Assembly (NCBI GenBank): GCA_038141665.1
Contig: JAYQIN010000002.1
Location: forward strand, 765,189-829,188
Direction of reading: 5' to 3'
Length of the DNA: 64,000 nt
Source: Thiothrix sp.
GTDB lineage: Bacteria > Pseudomonadota > Gammaproteobacteria > Poriferisulfidales > GCA-002705445
Shown here: one piece after another, positions 10,694 to 20,838 of the stretch
Layout: the number at the start of each line of letters is the position of its first letter
How positions within the stretch are numbered: the stretch's first letter is position 1
Notes under the pieces: generated by a model
The model's database searches: none
Told to the model about the DNA's origin: nothing
The model's input: the letters and a program-made list of their open reading frames with translations, nothing else
Made by a program: the position numbers and the translations under genes

Positions 10694-11272
10694 ATGGCAA
10701 AAATTTTATACCTAAATGACAAAAAAAGTTGTGAAGTATTCATAAGAGATGTGAGAAGTGTAGCAATATTTGCATATCCAACTGAGGCTGTATTTGGCCT
10801 TGGATGTGATATTCAAAATAAGAATGCAATAAGAAAAATATTAGATATAAAGAAAAGAGATGAAGGAAAAGGATTAATAGTATTATCTGACAATCTTGAG
10901 AAAATCAGAAACCTTATCAATGACAATTATTATAAAGTTCTAGCAGAACAAAGTAGTAATGGAAAACCAACAACATGGCTATGTCCCGCAAGTGATATGG
11001 TATTATCTGAGATAACAGGAAAAAGTAAAAAAATAGCTATAAGAATTACTACACACCAAACTTCACGCGAATTATGTAAATTATTAGATTTGCCAATTAT
11101 ATCAACAAGTGCAAATAAATCTGGTGAAGATGCAATAACAAAAGTAAACGAATTCGATAATTATTTTCATAATAACGTTGACTATATAGTTCACGGGGAA
11201 GTTGGTAATAGCATGAAACCATCTAGAATTTTGGATTTAATTACAAAAGAAGTTCTAAGGGCAGGAGATTAA
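10694..11272 (+). CDS. tsaC: threonylcarbamoyl-AMP synthase (YrdC/Sua5 family)
   Basis: 192 aa, YPTEAVFGLGCD and ISTSANKSGE motifs of YrdC/TsaC. Confidence 0.8.
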   Translation: MAKILYLNDKKSCEVFIRDVRSVAIFAYPTEAVFGLGCDIQNKNAIRKILDIKKRDEGKGLIVLSDNLEKIRNLINDNYYKVLAEQSSNGKPTTWLCPASDMVLSEITGKSKKIAIRITTHQTSRELCKLLDLPIISTSANKSGEDAITKVNEFDNYFHNNVDYIVHGEVGNSMKPSRILDLITKEVLRAGD

Positions 11273-12187
11273 ATGCAGAAAATAACAGAAGACAATATCC
11301 TGAAAGTTAGAAGGTATTTATTGGATTTACAAGAAAATATTATTTCAATGATCAATAACTATGACAAAAAAGAATTTCTCAGAGACGAGTGGACAAGAAA
11401 AGAAGGAGGTGGTGGTATAACTTGTGTTCTCCAGAATGGTGATACTTTTGACAAAGTTGGCGTTAACTTTTCAGACATTCTTGGCGATCATTTACCAGTG
11501 GCAGCAACAAATCTGAGGCCTGAATTACAAGGGAAAAGTTACCAGGCGATGGGTGTCTCCGTAGTCTGCCATCCTACAAATCCACATTTACCAACATCTC
11601 ATTTAAATGTACGTCTATTTACTGCATATGAAAAGGACTCAGAGCCAATATGGTGGTTTGGAGGTGGGTTTGATATGACACCGTATTATGGTTATGAGGA
11701 GGATGCAATACATTGGCACAAAACTGCTAAAGATCTATGTTTGCCTTATGGGAAAGAAATTTATGATGTATATAAAAAGAATTGTGATGAATATTTTTAT
11801 ATAAAACATAGGAGTGAAGCAAGAGGAATTGGGGGAATTTTTTTCGACGATCTTAATGTGTGGGATTTTAAAACATGTTTTGAATTCATTAAGTCTGTAG
11901 GAAATGGTTTTATCAAAGCATATGAGCCAATAGTAAAAAAAAGAATTAATAAATCTTATAATAAACAACAGAAGGATTTTCAGCTTTTTCGAAGGGGAAG
12001 GTATGCAGAATTTAATCTTGTTTATGATAGAGGAACATTATTTGGACTTCAGTCAAACGGCAGAACAGAATCAATATTAATGTCAATGCCGCCATTAGTA
12101 AAATGGAGTTATAAATATAATATTGAAAAAAATAGTGAAGAAGAAAAGCTTTATAAAGTTTTTTTAGTTCCAAAAAAATGGATTTAG
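11273..12187 (+). CDS. hemF: oxygen-dependent coproporphyrinogen-III oxidase
   Basis: 304 aa, WTRKEGGGG, NVRLF..., WWFGGGFDMTPYY, RRGRYAEFNLVYDRGT motifs. Confidence 0.92.
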   Translation: MQKITEDNILKVRRYLLDLQENIISMINNYDKKEFLRDEWTRKEGGGGITCVLQNGDTFDKVGVNFSDILGDHLPVAATNLRPELQGKSYQAMGVSVVCHPTNPHLPTSHLNVRLFTAYEKDSEPIWWFGGGFDMTPYYGYEEDAIHWHKTAKDLCLPYGKEIYDVYKKNCDEYFYIKHRSEARGIGGIFFDDLNVWDFKTCFEFIKSVGNGFIKAYEPIVKKRINKSYNKQQKDFQLFRRGRYAEFNLVYDRGTLFGLQSNGRTESILMSMPPLVKWSYKYNIEKNSEEEKLYKVFLVPKKWI

Positions 12188-12987
12188 TTATTCATAGAAT
12201 TTGGAAAGAATAACTGTTCTCCATTGACCTTATATTCTGAAATATAGGCCTGCCCTTCTTCACTTATTAACCACTTAGAAAAATTATCTGCTAATTTAAA
12301 TTTTACGTGTGGATGTTTTTTTGGATTAATTAATATAACGCTATATTGATTATTAAGCGGGGGCACCCCTGAGAAAACAATGCCTAAATCTTGCTTATTA
12401 TTAAAACTTAGCCACGTGCCTCTATCTGTTATGGTGTAAGCATCCATGCTTGCAGCCATATTTAGAGTTGCACCCATGCCTCTTCCAGCATCTATATAGT
12501 TCTTTGGATTTAAATTTTTTGTATTAATTTCTGCATTTTTCCATAATGAAACTTCTTTTTTATGCGTTCCACTATTATCACCTCTAGTTAAAAAGGGTAA
12601 TTTTTTTTCTTTAATTATTTGAAATACTTCTTTAATGCTAGATTTTTCTTTTAATTTTTCAGGGTCTTTTTTTGGCCCAATTATTATAAAGTCATTGTAC
12701 ATCAATTTTCTTCTTTCAACTCCATAACCATTTGAAATAAATCTTTTTTCATCTTCTTCGGAATGAACTATAAGAAGGTCGCCGTCACCATTCATTGCAT
12801 TTTTTATAGCCTGCCCGGTTCCTACAGCAACTACTCTTATATCAATGCCAAATTTTTTTTCGTAAATTGGCAATATAAAGTCATAGAATCCAGAGTCAGA
12901 TGTTGATGTTGTTGATTGGATAACTAGAAATTCAGAGGCACTAGAAAAATTTGATATTAAAAATACAAGTATGATTTTTTTAAACAT
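12184..12987 (-). CDS. periplasmic substrate-binding protein, PBP-like (TupA/tungstate-type family); no permease or ATPase adjacent
   Basis: 267 aa with signal peptide; QSTTSTSDSGFYDFILP...VVAVGTGQAIKNAMNGDGDLLIVH resembles anion-binding PBP_like_2/TupA proteins. Confidence 0.55.
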   Translation of the reverse strand: MFKKIILVFLISNFSSASEFLVIQSTTSTSDSGFYDFILPIYEKKFGIDIRVVAVGTGQAIKNAMNGDGDLLIVHSEEDEKRFISNGYGVERRKLMYNDFIIIGPKKDPEKLKEKSSIKEVFQIIKEKKLPFLTRGDNSGTHKKEVSLWKNAEINTKNLNPKNYIDAGRGMGATLNMAASMDAYTITDRGTWLSFNNKQDLGIVFSGVPPLNNQYSVILINPKKHPHVKFKLADNFSKWLISEEGQAYISEYKVNGEQLFFPNSMNN

Positions 12988-13007
12988 TCGGCCTTTCCTT
13001 AGTTTCC

Positions 13008-13424
13008 CTATTTAATAAAAAAAGTGAATTTCTCTGACAATAAGGGAACTTTATGAGGTGTATGACTATAGTCTGCAAACAATAATTGTATTTTATATGT
13101 ACCAGGTTTTAATTGAAGAGAAACAGATTCTTGTCCTTTGCCAAAATGCATTATATTTTCAGTCATTGGAAGAGGTTTGGTCATGTCCGGGAGCTCATCT
13201 AAATTTATAAGTAAGTGATGATGTCCGCTATTTTCTTCTTTTACTCCTGCTTTACGTACTTTAATATTTTTAACAATAAAATTTAATTCAATAGGCGATG
13301 TGTATGTTTTTCCGTTTTCAACTCCTTCTAATTTAATAGATGGTTTTTGTTGCGCATCACCATGCGAGGAAGTAAATATAAAAAAAAGTAAAATCAAATA
13401 AAAATTTTTTTTGGTTTTAATCAT
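13008..13424 (-). CDS. DUF4399 domain protein (secreted)
   Basis: 138 aa, signal peptide, GHHHLLI...MHFGKGQ...LQLLFADYSHTPH pattern characteristic of DUF4399. Confidence 0.75.
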   Translation of the reverse strand: MIKTKKNFYLILLFFIFTSSHGDAQQKPSIKLEGVENGKTYTSPIELNFIVKNIKVRKAGVKEENSGHHHLLINLDELPDMTKPLPMTENIMHFGKGQESVSLQLKPGTYKIQLLFADYSHTPHKVPLLSEKFTFFIK

Positions 13425-13917
13425 ATTTTGTTTCTCGAATAATATAAATATTTATTATAATTAAAATAACAAATAAAATAAATGTGTACATAGGTATTGA
13501 TAAACCAAAAAGTTGCCATTTTATATCGTTGCATGGTGTTGGGTTATCAAATATATTTGAAATAGCATCTAAAATTGGCAGTGTGGAGATGTAATAAAAA
13601 AAATCGCCCCCACAGCCAAAACCATCTATTGTATCTTTATCTTGAAATTTTTGTAACCAAATATGCCTAATAGTACTGACAATTCCTATTACGCACAAAA
13701 TAATATTCAGTGAATATAGTGTTTTAAAAAAATAAGCTCTTCTCGTTAAAAAAGAAATAGCAAATAAAAATGCAATACCAATTAGTAGAAATCTGTCCAA
13801 AACACATAGTGTGCAAGCTGCCAGTTCTTTAACTATATCAAAATATACATAGGCAATTAATAAAGATATTGCGCATAGAATAAAACGGGTTGCTTCTAAT
13901 TTGATTACTTTGAACAT
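13417..13917 (-). CDS. dsbB: disulfide bond formation protein B
   Basis: 166 aa, four TM segments, CTLCVLDR first periplasmic-loop CxxC, second Cys pair in loop 2. Confidence 0.7.
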   Translation of the reverse strand: MFKVIKLEATRFILCAISLLIAYVYFDIVKELAACTLCVLDRFLLIGIAFLFAISFLTRRAYFFKTLYSLNIILCVIGIVSTIRHIWLQKFQDKDTIDGFGCGGDFFYYISTLPILDAISNIFDNPTPCNDIKWQLFGLSIPMYTFILFVILIIINIYIIRETKYD

Positions 13918-13962
13918 ATCTATATTATAGGCTTATTAATATTTAATTTCAGCTTAAACGCT

Positions 13963-14961
13963 ATGAATAAGAGCTATCCAAATACAAGAATGAGAAGAAA
14001 CAGATCTGCTAAATTTATACGAAATTTAGTTAGGGAAACTTCATTTTCTATAGATGATTTAATTTATCCAATTTTTATACTTCCTGGAAAAAACAAAGAA
14101 GAGCCAATAAAATCAATGCCTGGGAAAAAAAGATACTCGATTGATATATTATTACCAATAATTGGAAAACTCCACAAAAAAGGATTAAATGCAATAGCTA
14201 TATTTCCTGTAATAGGGAAAGAAAAAAAATCTAAAGATGCAAAAGAGGCTTATAATCCTAGGGGCTTGATACAATCGGCGGTGAAAAAAATCAAAAAAGA
14301 GTACCCTGATTTAGGAGTAATAACCGATATTGCTTTAGATCCGTATACACTAAGTGGACATGACGGAATAGTAAATAGTAAAGGTTACGTACTTAATGAC
14401 AAAACTGTAAAAATTTTAACTAAGCAAGCATTATCTCATGCGGAAGCTGGCGCAGATATTGTAGCTCCCTCTGATATGATGGATGGTAGAGTATTAGAAA
14501 TTAGAAAAGCTTTTGAAAAAAATAAATTTTATAATACTAAAATTTTATCTTACGCTGCAAAATACGCTTCAAATTTTTACGGGCCTTTTAGAGATGCGGT
14601 TGACTCTTCTAAAAATTTAAATGACTCCTCAAAAGAAACCTATCAAATGGACTTCGCAAATATAACTGAGGCATCTTTAGAAATTAATTTAGATATTAAT
14701 GAGGGTGCAGATATGATAATAATAAAACCTGGCTTGCCTTATTTAGACATAGTTACAAAAATCAAAAATAAATTTTCAATCCCAATATTTTCTTATCACG
14801 TAAGCGGTGAATATTCTATGATAAAAACAGCTGCTTTAAATAATTATATAGATGAAAAAGAATCAGTCATTGAGGCAATGTATTGTTTTAAAAGAGCTGG
14901 TTGTAATGCGGTTTTAACATATTATACTCCTGAAATAATAAAATGGTTAGATGGTAACTAA
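13963..14961 (+). CDS. hemB: porphobilinogen synthase (delta-aminolevulinate dehydratase)
   Basis: 332 aa, RMRRNR, VAPSDMMDGRV, active-site Lys context (IIKPGLPYLDI), SGEYSM. Confidence 0.93.
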   Translation: MNKSYPNTRMRRNRSAKFIRNLVRETSFSIDDLIYPIFILPGKNKEEPIKSMPGKKRYSIDILLPIIGKLHKKGLNAIAIFPVIGKEKKSKDAKEAYNPRGLIQSAVKKIKKEYPDLGVITDIALDPYTLSGHDGIVNSKGYVLNDKTVKILTKQALSHAEAGADIVAPSDMMDGRVLEIRKAFEKNKFYNTKILSYAAKYASNFYGPFRDAVDSSKNLNDSSKETYQMDFANITEASLEINLDINEGADMIIIKPGLPYLDIVTKIKNKFSIPIFSYHVSGEYSMIKTAALNNYIDEKESVIEAMYCFKRAGCNAVLTYYTPEIIKWLDGN

Positions 14962-15778
14962 TGAAAAAGTATGCTGTTTTTGGAAATCCTATTAAGCATA
15001 GTATGTCGCCAGTAATACATGCATATTTTGCAAAAAATTTAGGAATTGAATTATCTTATGAGCCTATTTTAGGAACCTTAGGAAAATTTGAGAATGAAGC
15101 AAAAGATTTTTTAAAAAAAGGAGGCTCAGGCTTTAATGTTACACTACCATTTAAACAAGAAGCTTATAACATAGCTGATATAAAATCAGATGTTGCAGAG
15201 CTTACAGGCTCTGTAAATACTATTTCAGTTAGTCAGGGTCGTATACATGGTGACAATACAGATGGATCTGGATTTATAAAAGATATTAAAAATAATATTG
15301 GCTATGATCTGAAAGAGGAAAGAAAGTTCTTCTACTTGGTGCTGGTGGTGCAGGAATGGGCATTGTGCCTAATATAATATATGAAAATCCTTTGGAATTT
15401 AAAATTTATAACAGAACATTTAAAAAAGCAGAAAGATTATGTAATAAATTTTCAGAGATTGGATATATAAATGCTATATCAGCAGATGAATTAAAAAAAA
15501 ATAAATTTGATATTATCATTAATTCAACATCTGCTGGCATGAGTAATTCAGATTTTTATCTACCAGATAATATTATTCGGAATGATGGTATTTTTTATGA
15601 TTTATCATACGGAACTGCAACAAATTTTTTTAGAAATTGGGCGAGGAAAAATAAGTCATTGTTTTTTGATGGATTAGGAATGTTACTTGAACAAGCGGCA
15701 GATTCTTTTTATATTTGGGAATCAAAAAGACCTTTGATAACTGATGAATTAAAAAGTATTTTATTAAAAAAATTATGA
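14961..15778 (+). pseudogene. aroE: shikimate dehydrogenase AroE, interrupted by a 1-nt frameshift (or sequencing error)
   Basis: Track ORFs 14961-15377 and 15356-15778 are the two halves. Frame 1 ends ...GYDLKEERK. The GxGGxG motif (KVLLLGAGGAGMG) continues one base out of frame after agaaag at 15321-15326. Total length is 818 nt, one short of 273 codons. Confidence 0.85.
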
Positions 15779-16411
15779 TCCATATTTTTTCTTGTAATTT
15801 ACTATGCTATCTTTAAATTTTTCAAACTCTTTGGTATTTTCAACATAATTTATTATATCTGAAATATTTATTAAGCTATAAACGTCAATGTTAAATTTTT
15901 TTTTGATTTCTTCCGAAGCAGAAATATTATCGCTACCTTTTTCTTGCCTATCAAGAAGAACAATTAGTGAAGTTATTTGAAGATTATATTTTTTTAACTT
16001 TTTGATGGTATTTTTTATGGCAGTTCCAGCTGTTATAACGTCATCTATGATTACAGTATTTCCATCTTCAAAAGATCCTACAATATCACCTTTCTCTCCA
16101 TGAAGCTTTTGATCTTTTCTATCATATATAAAAAATGTTTCTCTTAAATTATTTGATGCCATAAAAGCAGATAAAGCTGATGCTAAGGAGATACCTTTAT
16201 ACGCAGGACCAAATAAATTAGTAAATTCTATATTCTTTTCTTTTATTAATTCTATAAATAAATTGCTAATGATAGAGAGTGATTTTCCATCTGAGAATAC
16301 TCCACTATTAAAAAAATATGGGCTTACACGTTCGGATTTAAGCTTAAAGCTTCCAAATTTTAAAGCATCTTTTCTTATAGCAAGCTCAATAAATGTTTTC
16401 TTATAATCCAT
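15773..16411 (-). CDS. pyrE: orotate phosphoribosyltransferase
   Basis: 212 aa, FGPAYKGI and VIIDDVITAGTA PRPP-binding motif. Confidence 0.93.
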   Translation of the reverse strand: MDYKKTFIELAIRKDALKFGSFKLKSERVSPYFFNSGVFSDGKSLSIISNLFIELIKEKNIEFTNLFGPAYKGISLASALSAFMASNNLRETFFIYDRKDQKLHGEKGDIVGSFEDGNTVIIDDVITAGTAIKNTIKKLKKYNLQITSLIVLLDRQEKGSDNISASEEIKKKFNIDVYSLINISDIINYVENTKEFEKFKDSIVNYKKKYGS

Positions 16412-16469
16412 TGTTTTTTGCCGAAGTTATAATAGACTGACTATATTATATATTAAAAAAGCCAATTAT

Positions 16470-17237
16470 ATGAAAATAGTATCTTGTAACGTCAACGGAA
16501 TAAGAAGTGCTCACAAAAAAGGATTTTTTGAATGGTATCGTAAACAGAAATCAGATGTTCTTTGTTTGCAAGAGCTTAAAGCTCATGAGGATCAAATTGA
16601 TATTAATTCAATGCTTCCAAAAAAATATATTTTCTTATTTTAAGTGTGCAGAAAAAAAGGATATAGTGGTGTTTCAATCCATTCAAAAGTAAAGCCAGAT
16701 AAGATAATTTATGAATATGGCAATAAAGAATTTGATAATGAAGGCAGATATATAGAAGCACAATTTGGGAATTTATCAATAATATCTTTATACGCACCAT
16801 CTGGCTCATCTGGAGATAAAAGACAGGAAGCAAAGTTTAGATTTCTTAAATCATTTAGAAAGCATTTATTAAAAATTTTGAAATCAAAAAGAAAATATAT
16901 TATTTGTGGGGACTGGAATATCGCTCATAAAGAAATAGATTTAAAAAATTGGAAAAGCAATAAGAAAAATTCGGGCTTTCTTCCAGAGGAGAGAGAATGG
17001 TTAGATAATTTATTTCAAGATGAAAAGTATATAGATGCATTTAGAGTTCTTAATAATAAAACCGATCAATATACTTGGTGGTCAAATAGAGGAAACGCAA
17101 GAGAAAATAATGTAGGTTGGCGAATAGATTATCAGATAGTCTCAGGGAATTTAAAAAATAAAATAAAAAATGAAAGTATTTATAAAAACAAATTATTTTC
17201 TGATCATGCGCCACTAATAATCTCTTATAAAATATAA
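16470..17237 (+). pseudogene. xthA: exodeoxyribonuclease III, interrupted (apparent in-frame TAA caused by a +1/-1 indel pair in two A7 runs)
   Basis: ATG at 16470 gives MKIVSCNVNGIRSAHKKGFFEWYRKQKSDVLCLQELKAHEDQ... ending at TAA 16641-16643. ORF 16644-17237 continues in the same frame (..KKGYSGVSIH...SDHAPL). Between the A7 runs 16619-16625 and 16652-16658, the +1 frame reads NIFSYFKCAEKK, the conserved ExoIII sequence. Confidence 0.85.
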
Positions 17238-18514
17238 TGGAAAATTCATCAAAAAAATTATCTTGGAAAAATACTTTATTTGAATTATTAAATAAAAAAG
17301 TACTTATATTATTAGCATTGGGTTTTTCAGCAGGATTACCTTTTTTATTAGTTTTCTCTACTTTGCAAGCTTGGATGAAAGAGGCAAACATTGAAAATGT
17401 GACTATTGGATTTATTAGTTGGGTTGCAATTACTTACACTTTAAAATTTTCATGGGCACCTTTTTTAGACCGTTTTGACTTACCTCTTTTTAATATTTAT
17501 TTAGGCAGAAGAAGAAGTTGGTTAATTTTTTCTCAGGTTATGACTGGAGTATCTATATTTATGCTTGCAAATATAACTCCGAATTCTGAAAATTTATTAT
17601 TATTTTCTTTTTTTGCTTTTCTAGTTGCTCTTTTTTCTGCCACACAAGATGTTGCATTAGATGCGTATAGAATTGAAATTGGAAAAAAAGAAGAACAAGG
17701 AATGTTGGGAGCTTCTTATCAGCTCGGCTATAGAATTGCATTGATTGTTTCAGGCGCAATGGCTTTAGTAATCGCGGATAATTATTCTTTTGAAGTCTCA
17801 TATAAGTTTATGGCTGCATTAATGATGATTGGAGTATTTTCAACATTACTAGCACCCGAACCAAACAAAACGGAAAAAAGAAAAAATATTAAGGGCAACC
17901 TATTTCTTGCACTATATGTTGAGCCACTTAGAGATTTATTATCAAGGCATCAGAATGCAGTTTTAATAATAATATTAATTTTGCTTTACAGGGCTAGCGA
18001 CTTGTCTATGGCACCAATGGCAATGCCTTTTTATAAAGATATAGGCTTTACATTGACGGAAATAGCATATGTTGCAAAAACATTCGGTGTAGTAATGTCA
18101 ATTATAGGTGTAATAGTTGGGGGAATACTTTGGAAAAAGCTTGGCGGCATTAGGGCGCTGTTTTTTGGCTCTATAATGATAGCTTCAACAACATTGATGT
18201 TTTTTTTAATGTCAATATATGAAAAAAATATGGATTTATTTATAGCAACAATTGCTTTAGATAATTTCACTTCAGGTTTCGCTGGAACATTGATGATAGC
18301 TTATTTATCGTCTCTTACAAATAAAGCATATGCAGGACTTCAGTATGCTGCTTTATTTGGATTATTATTAATACCTGGAAAAATATTAGCTGGATTCTCA
18401 GGACTTTTTCAACAGGCTTTTGGCTATTCTGGTTTATTTTTAGCGTCAGCCGCAATTGGTATACCCGCAATCATAATTTCATACTATTTTTATAAAAACA
18501 ACATTACGGCTTAA
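17237..18514 (+). CDS. ampG: AmpG-family muropeptide MFS permease
   Basis: 425 aa, 12-14 TM, LGFSAGLPFLLVFSTLQAWM N-terminal signature of AmpG. Confidence 0.8.
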   Translation: MENSSKKLSWKNTLFELLNKKVLILLALGFSAGLPFLLVFSTLQAWMKEANIENVTIGFISWVAITYTLKFSWAPFLDRFDLPLFNIYLGRRRSWLIFSQVMTGVSIFMLANITPNSENLLLFSFFAFLVALFSATQDVALDAYRIEIGKKEEQGMLGASYQLGYRIALIVSGAMALVIADNYSFEVSYKFMAALMMIGVFSTLLAPEPNKTEKRKNIKGNLFLALYVEPLRDLLSRHQNAVLIIILILLYRASDLSMAPMAMPFYKDIGFTLTEIAYVAKTFGVVMSIIGVIVGGILWKKLGGIRALFFGSIMIASTTLMFFLMSIYEKNMDLFIATIALDNFTSGFAGTLMIAYLSSLTNKAYAGLQYAALFGLLLIPGKILAGFSGLFQQAFGYSGLFLASAAIGIPAIIISYYFYKNNITA

Positions 18515-18986
18515 TTAAAATCTGTACACCTTCTTCCGTCATATCCCACAACTCCTTCATGTCATTATTATTTAAAGCTATGCATCCATCAGTCCAATCT
18601 GGGCCATTATACAAGTATTGAGACAGTATTGATAAGGAAGGTAAACCATGGATAGCGATATGACTCCCAGGATTAATATTTTTTTTTTCCGCAACTCTTT
18701 TATCATGAAAATTTGGATAGGAGGTGTGCAATGATAGAAAAAACTTACTTTTTGCATTTTTGCCATCTATGAAGTAATAGCCTTCAGGCGTTTTTTTATC
18801 GCCTTCTTTTTTTTTGTGACCTATTGGATTTCTTCCTAAGGCAACATTGTATTTTTTTATAATATTGTCATCTTTTACAGCATATAAAGTTCTCTCTGAT
18901 TTTTTTATAATGATTATATCTATCGTGTCTTGAGAATAAGAGAAAGATGAAATAATGAATAGACATATTAGGAGAATAATTTTCAT
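18504..18986 (-). CDS. L,D-transpeptidase (YkuD/ErfK family)
   Basis: 160 aa, signal peptide, HIAIHG...TDGCIAL catalytic His/Cys motif. Confidence 0.8.
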   Translation of the reverse strand: MKIILLICLFIISSFSYSQDTIDIIIIKKSERTLYAVKDDNIIKKYNVALGRNPIGHKKKEGDKKTPEGYYFIDGKNAKSKFFLSLHTSYPNFHDKRVAEKKNINPGSHIAIHGLPSLSILSQYLYNGPDWTDGCIALNNNDMKELWDMTEEGVQILIKP

Positions 18987-19801
18987 TTTGATATTGTAAG
19001 AAGTAGCTCAGGATTAATTCTAATTTTGTTCCAATAAATATTCCAATGAAGATGTGGGCCAGTTGATCTTCCAGTAGATCCCACAGTGCCTATTACCTGC
19101 CCCTGTTTAACAAAATCACCTTTCATAACATTTATATCTTGCATATGTATATACATTGACTGAAGGTCATATCCATGATCAATAATTACAATATTGCCTG
19201 TATAGTATAGGCCTTTAGCAGCAAGAAGAACTTTACCTCCTGTTGTAGCTTTAATAGGAGTTCCTAAAGGGGCAGCTATATCAAGCCCACCATGAGGATT
19301 TTTTTTTACACCATTCAAAATCCTTTGGCTTCCATAAATACCAGAAATTCTTCCCTCAGCGGGCTGTATAAATGATAGTGGAAATTTATCAATAATATAT
19401 TTTTCATTCATACTATTTTTTATTAATGTTCTGTCTTCATTTATCTTTTTATAAAACTCTGGACCTGGGGTAACCATTTTTTTTGGCAAACCATCTATTT
19501 TTTCAATTTTATAAATGCTTTTATCTATCTTAAAATTATATGTTAGAACATCGTCTGTTGTAGTTTTAACAATTTTTAAAATTGATGATGCTTTATGATT
19601 TCTACCGAAACCAAATATAAAGTATCCATCCTTGCTAACTTTTAAGTTCTTATTATTAAAATAAACTTCTTTAGCAAACTTATTTTGACCAATTACTATT
19701 CCACCTTGAACAAATTTACCGTTAAAAGAAGTTTCATTTGAAAAGGCAACTGATGTGCCAAATAAAATAATTATGATAAGGGTGATGTATTTGTAGAACA
19801 T
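18983..19801 (-). CDS. M23 family metallopeptidase
   Basis: 272 aa, HGGLDIAAPLGTPI and GPHLHW zinc-ligand motifs. Confidence 0.85.
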   Translation of the reverse strand: MFYKYITLIIIILFGTSVAFSNETSFNGKFVQGGIVIGQNKFAKEVYFNNKNLKVSKDGYFIFGFGRNHKASSILKIVKTTTDDVLTYNFKIDKSIYKIEKIDGLPKKMVTPGPEFYKKINEDRTLIKNSMNEKYIIDKFPLSFIQPAEGRISGIYGSQRILNGVKKNPHGGLDIAAPLGTPIKATTGGKVLLAAKGLYYTGNIVIIDHGYDLQSMYIHMQDINVMKGDFVKQGQVIGTVGSTGRSTGPHLHWNIYWNKIRINPELLLTISK

Positions 19802-20328
19802 AATACATGTTTTTCCAATTCTTCTATAATTTCTGCAGCATGTTTACTAGGATCTACCTTTTTATATATCTTATGAATTTTCCCTGATGGATTAATTATA
19901 AATGTATGTCTACTTGCATATTTGAATCCAACAAAAGAACTAAAACTGTCATATTTCTCTGCAACTTTACCATTTATGTCAGCTAAGATTGGAAATGGCA
20001 ATGAGTATTTTTCAGAAAATTCTTTATGACTTTCTTGAGAATCAACACTCACACCTAAAATACTTGTATTCAACTTGTTAATTATTTCTATATTATCTCT
20101 AAAAGAACAAGCCTCTTTTGTGCAGCCAGGCGTGTCATCTTTAGGATAAAAGTAAAGAACTACCCACTTATCTTTGTAATCGGCCAATGATCTTTCAATA
20201 TTATCCTGATCAACTAATTTAAAATCAGGTGCATCCATTCCTACTGTTAATTCTTTGCTAGCATTTGTATTGAAAACCATAACTAAAAATATTAAGGTGG
20301 TATAAATTATTTTATTTTTTAAAAACAT
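19771..20328 (-). CDS. bcp: peroxiredoxin (Bcp-type) with N-terminal signal/anchor
   Basis: 185 aa, FYPKDDTPGCTKEAC peroxidatic Cys motif. Confidence 0.85.
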   Translation of the reverse strand: MFLKNKIIYTTLIFLVMVFNTNASKELTVGMDAPDFKLVDQDNIERSLADYKDKWVVLYFYPKDDTPGCTKEACSFRDNIEIINKLNTSILGVSVDSQESHKEFSEKYSLPFPILADINGKVAEKYDSFSSFVGFKYASRHTFIINPSGKIHKIYKKVDPSKHAAEIIEELEKHVLCSTNTSPLS

Positions 20329-20334
20329 ATACTT

Positions 20335-20837
20335 ATGATATCAAAAATTATTAAAACCTGCTTAATTTTTTTTATATGTTTAATAAATGTACATTGCTTA
20401 GCTAGCAGCATTACTTCGGACAAATTGCATGCAAAAGTAATTAAAGTAGTTGATGGAGATACTGTTTACTTGAAGCATAAAGAATTTGGAAAATTAAAAG
20501 TTAGGTTAGCAGATATTGACGCGCCTGAGAAAAACCAACCATATGGTAGCGAGTCGACAAATATACTTAAGATTTAATTGACCAAAAAATAGTTGAGCTT
20601 AAAAAAATTACCGTTGATAGATACAAAAGAATAGTCGGGATAATTTATTATGAAAACATTGAAATCAATTATTATTTAGTAAGAAAGGGATATGCATGGT
20701 GTTATGATAGATATAATAATAGGTTAAAAATAAAAAATGCTGAAAATTTTGCTAGACAAGAAAAATTAGGGATCTGGTCAAGTCAGGATGAAGCCCCAAT
20801 AGCCCCATGGGATTGGAGAAAGAACAAAGGTAAATAA
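20335..20837 (+). pseudogene. secreted thermonuclease (SNase family), 1-nt frameshift
   Basis: ORF 20335-20577 (VIKVVDGDTV...VRLADIDAPEKNQPYG) stops at TAA 20575-20577. The next frame continues DLIDQKIVELKKITVDRYKRIVG...GYAWCYDRY...ARQEKLGIWS...PWDWRK to TAA 20835-20837. Length is 503 nt, one short of 168 codons. The indel lies at cttaagattta (20566-20576). Confidence 0.8.
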
Positions 20838-20838
20838 A

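Noticed and set aside
16507-16833. ORFs 16507-16692 (+) and 16603-16833 (-) around the xthA break.
   Set aside because: These are out-of-frame or antisense readings of the exonuclease III gene. The ExoIII frames account for the region.
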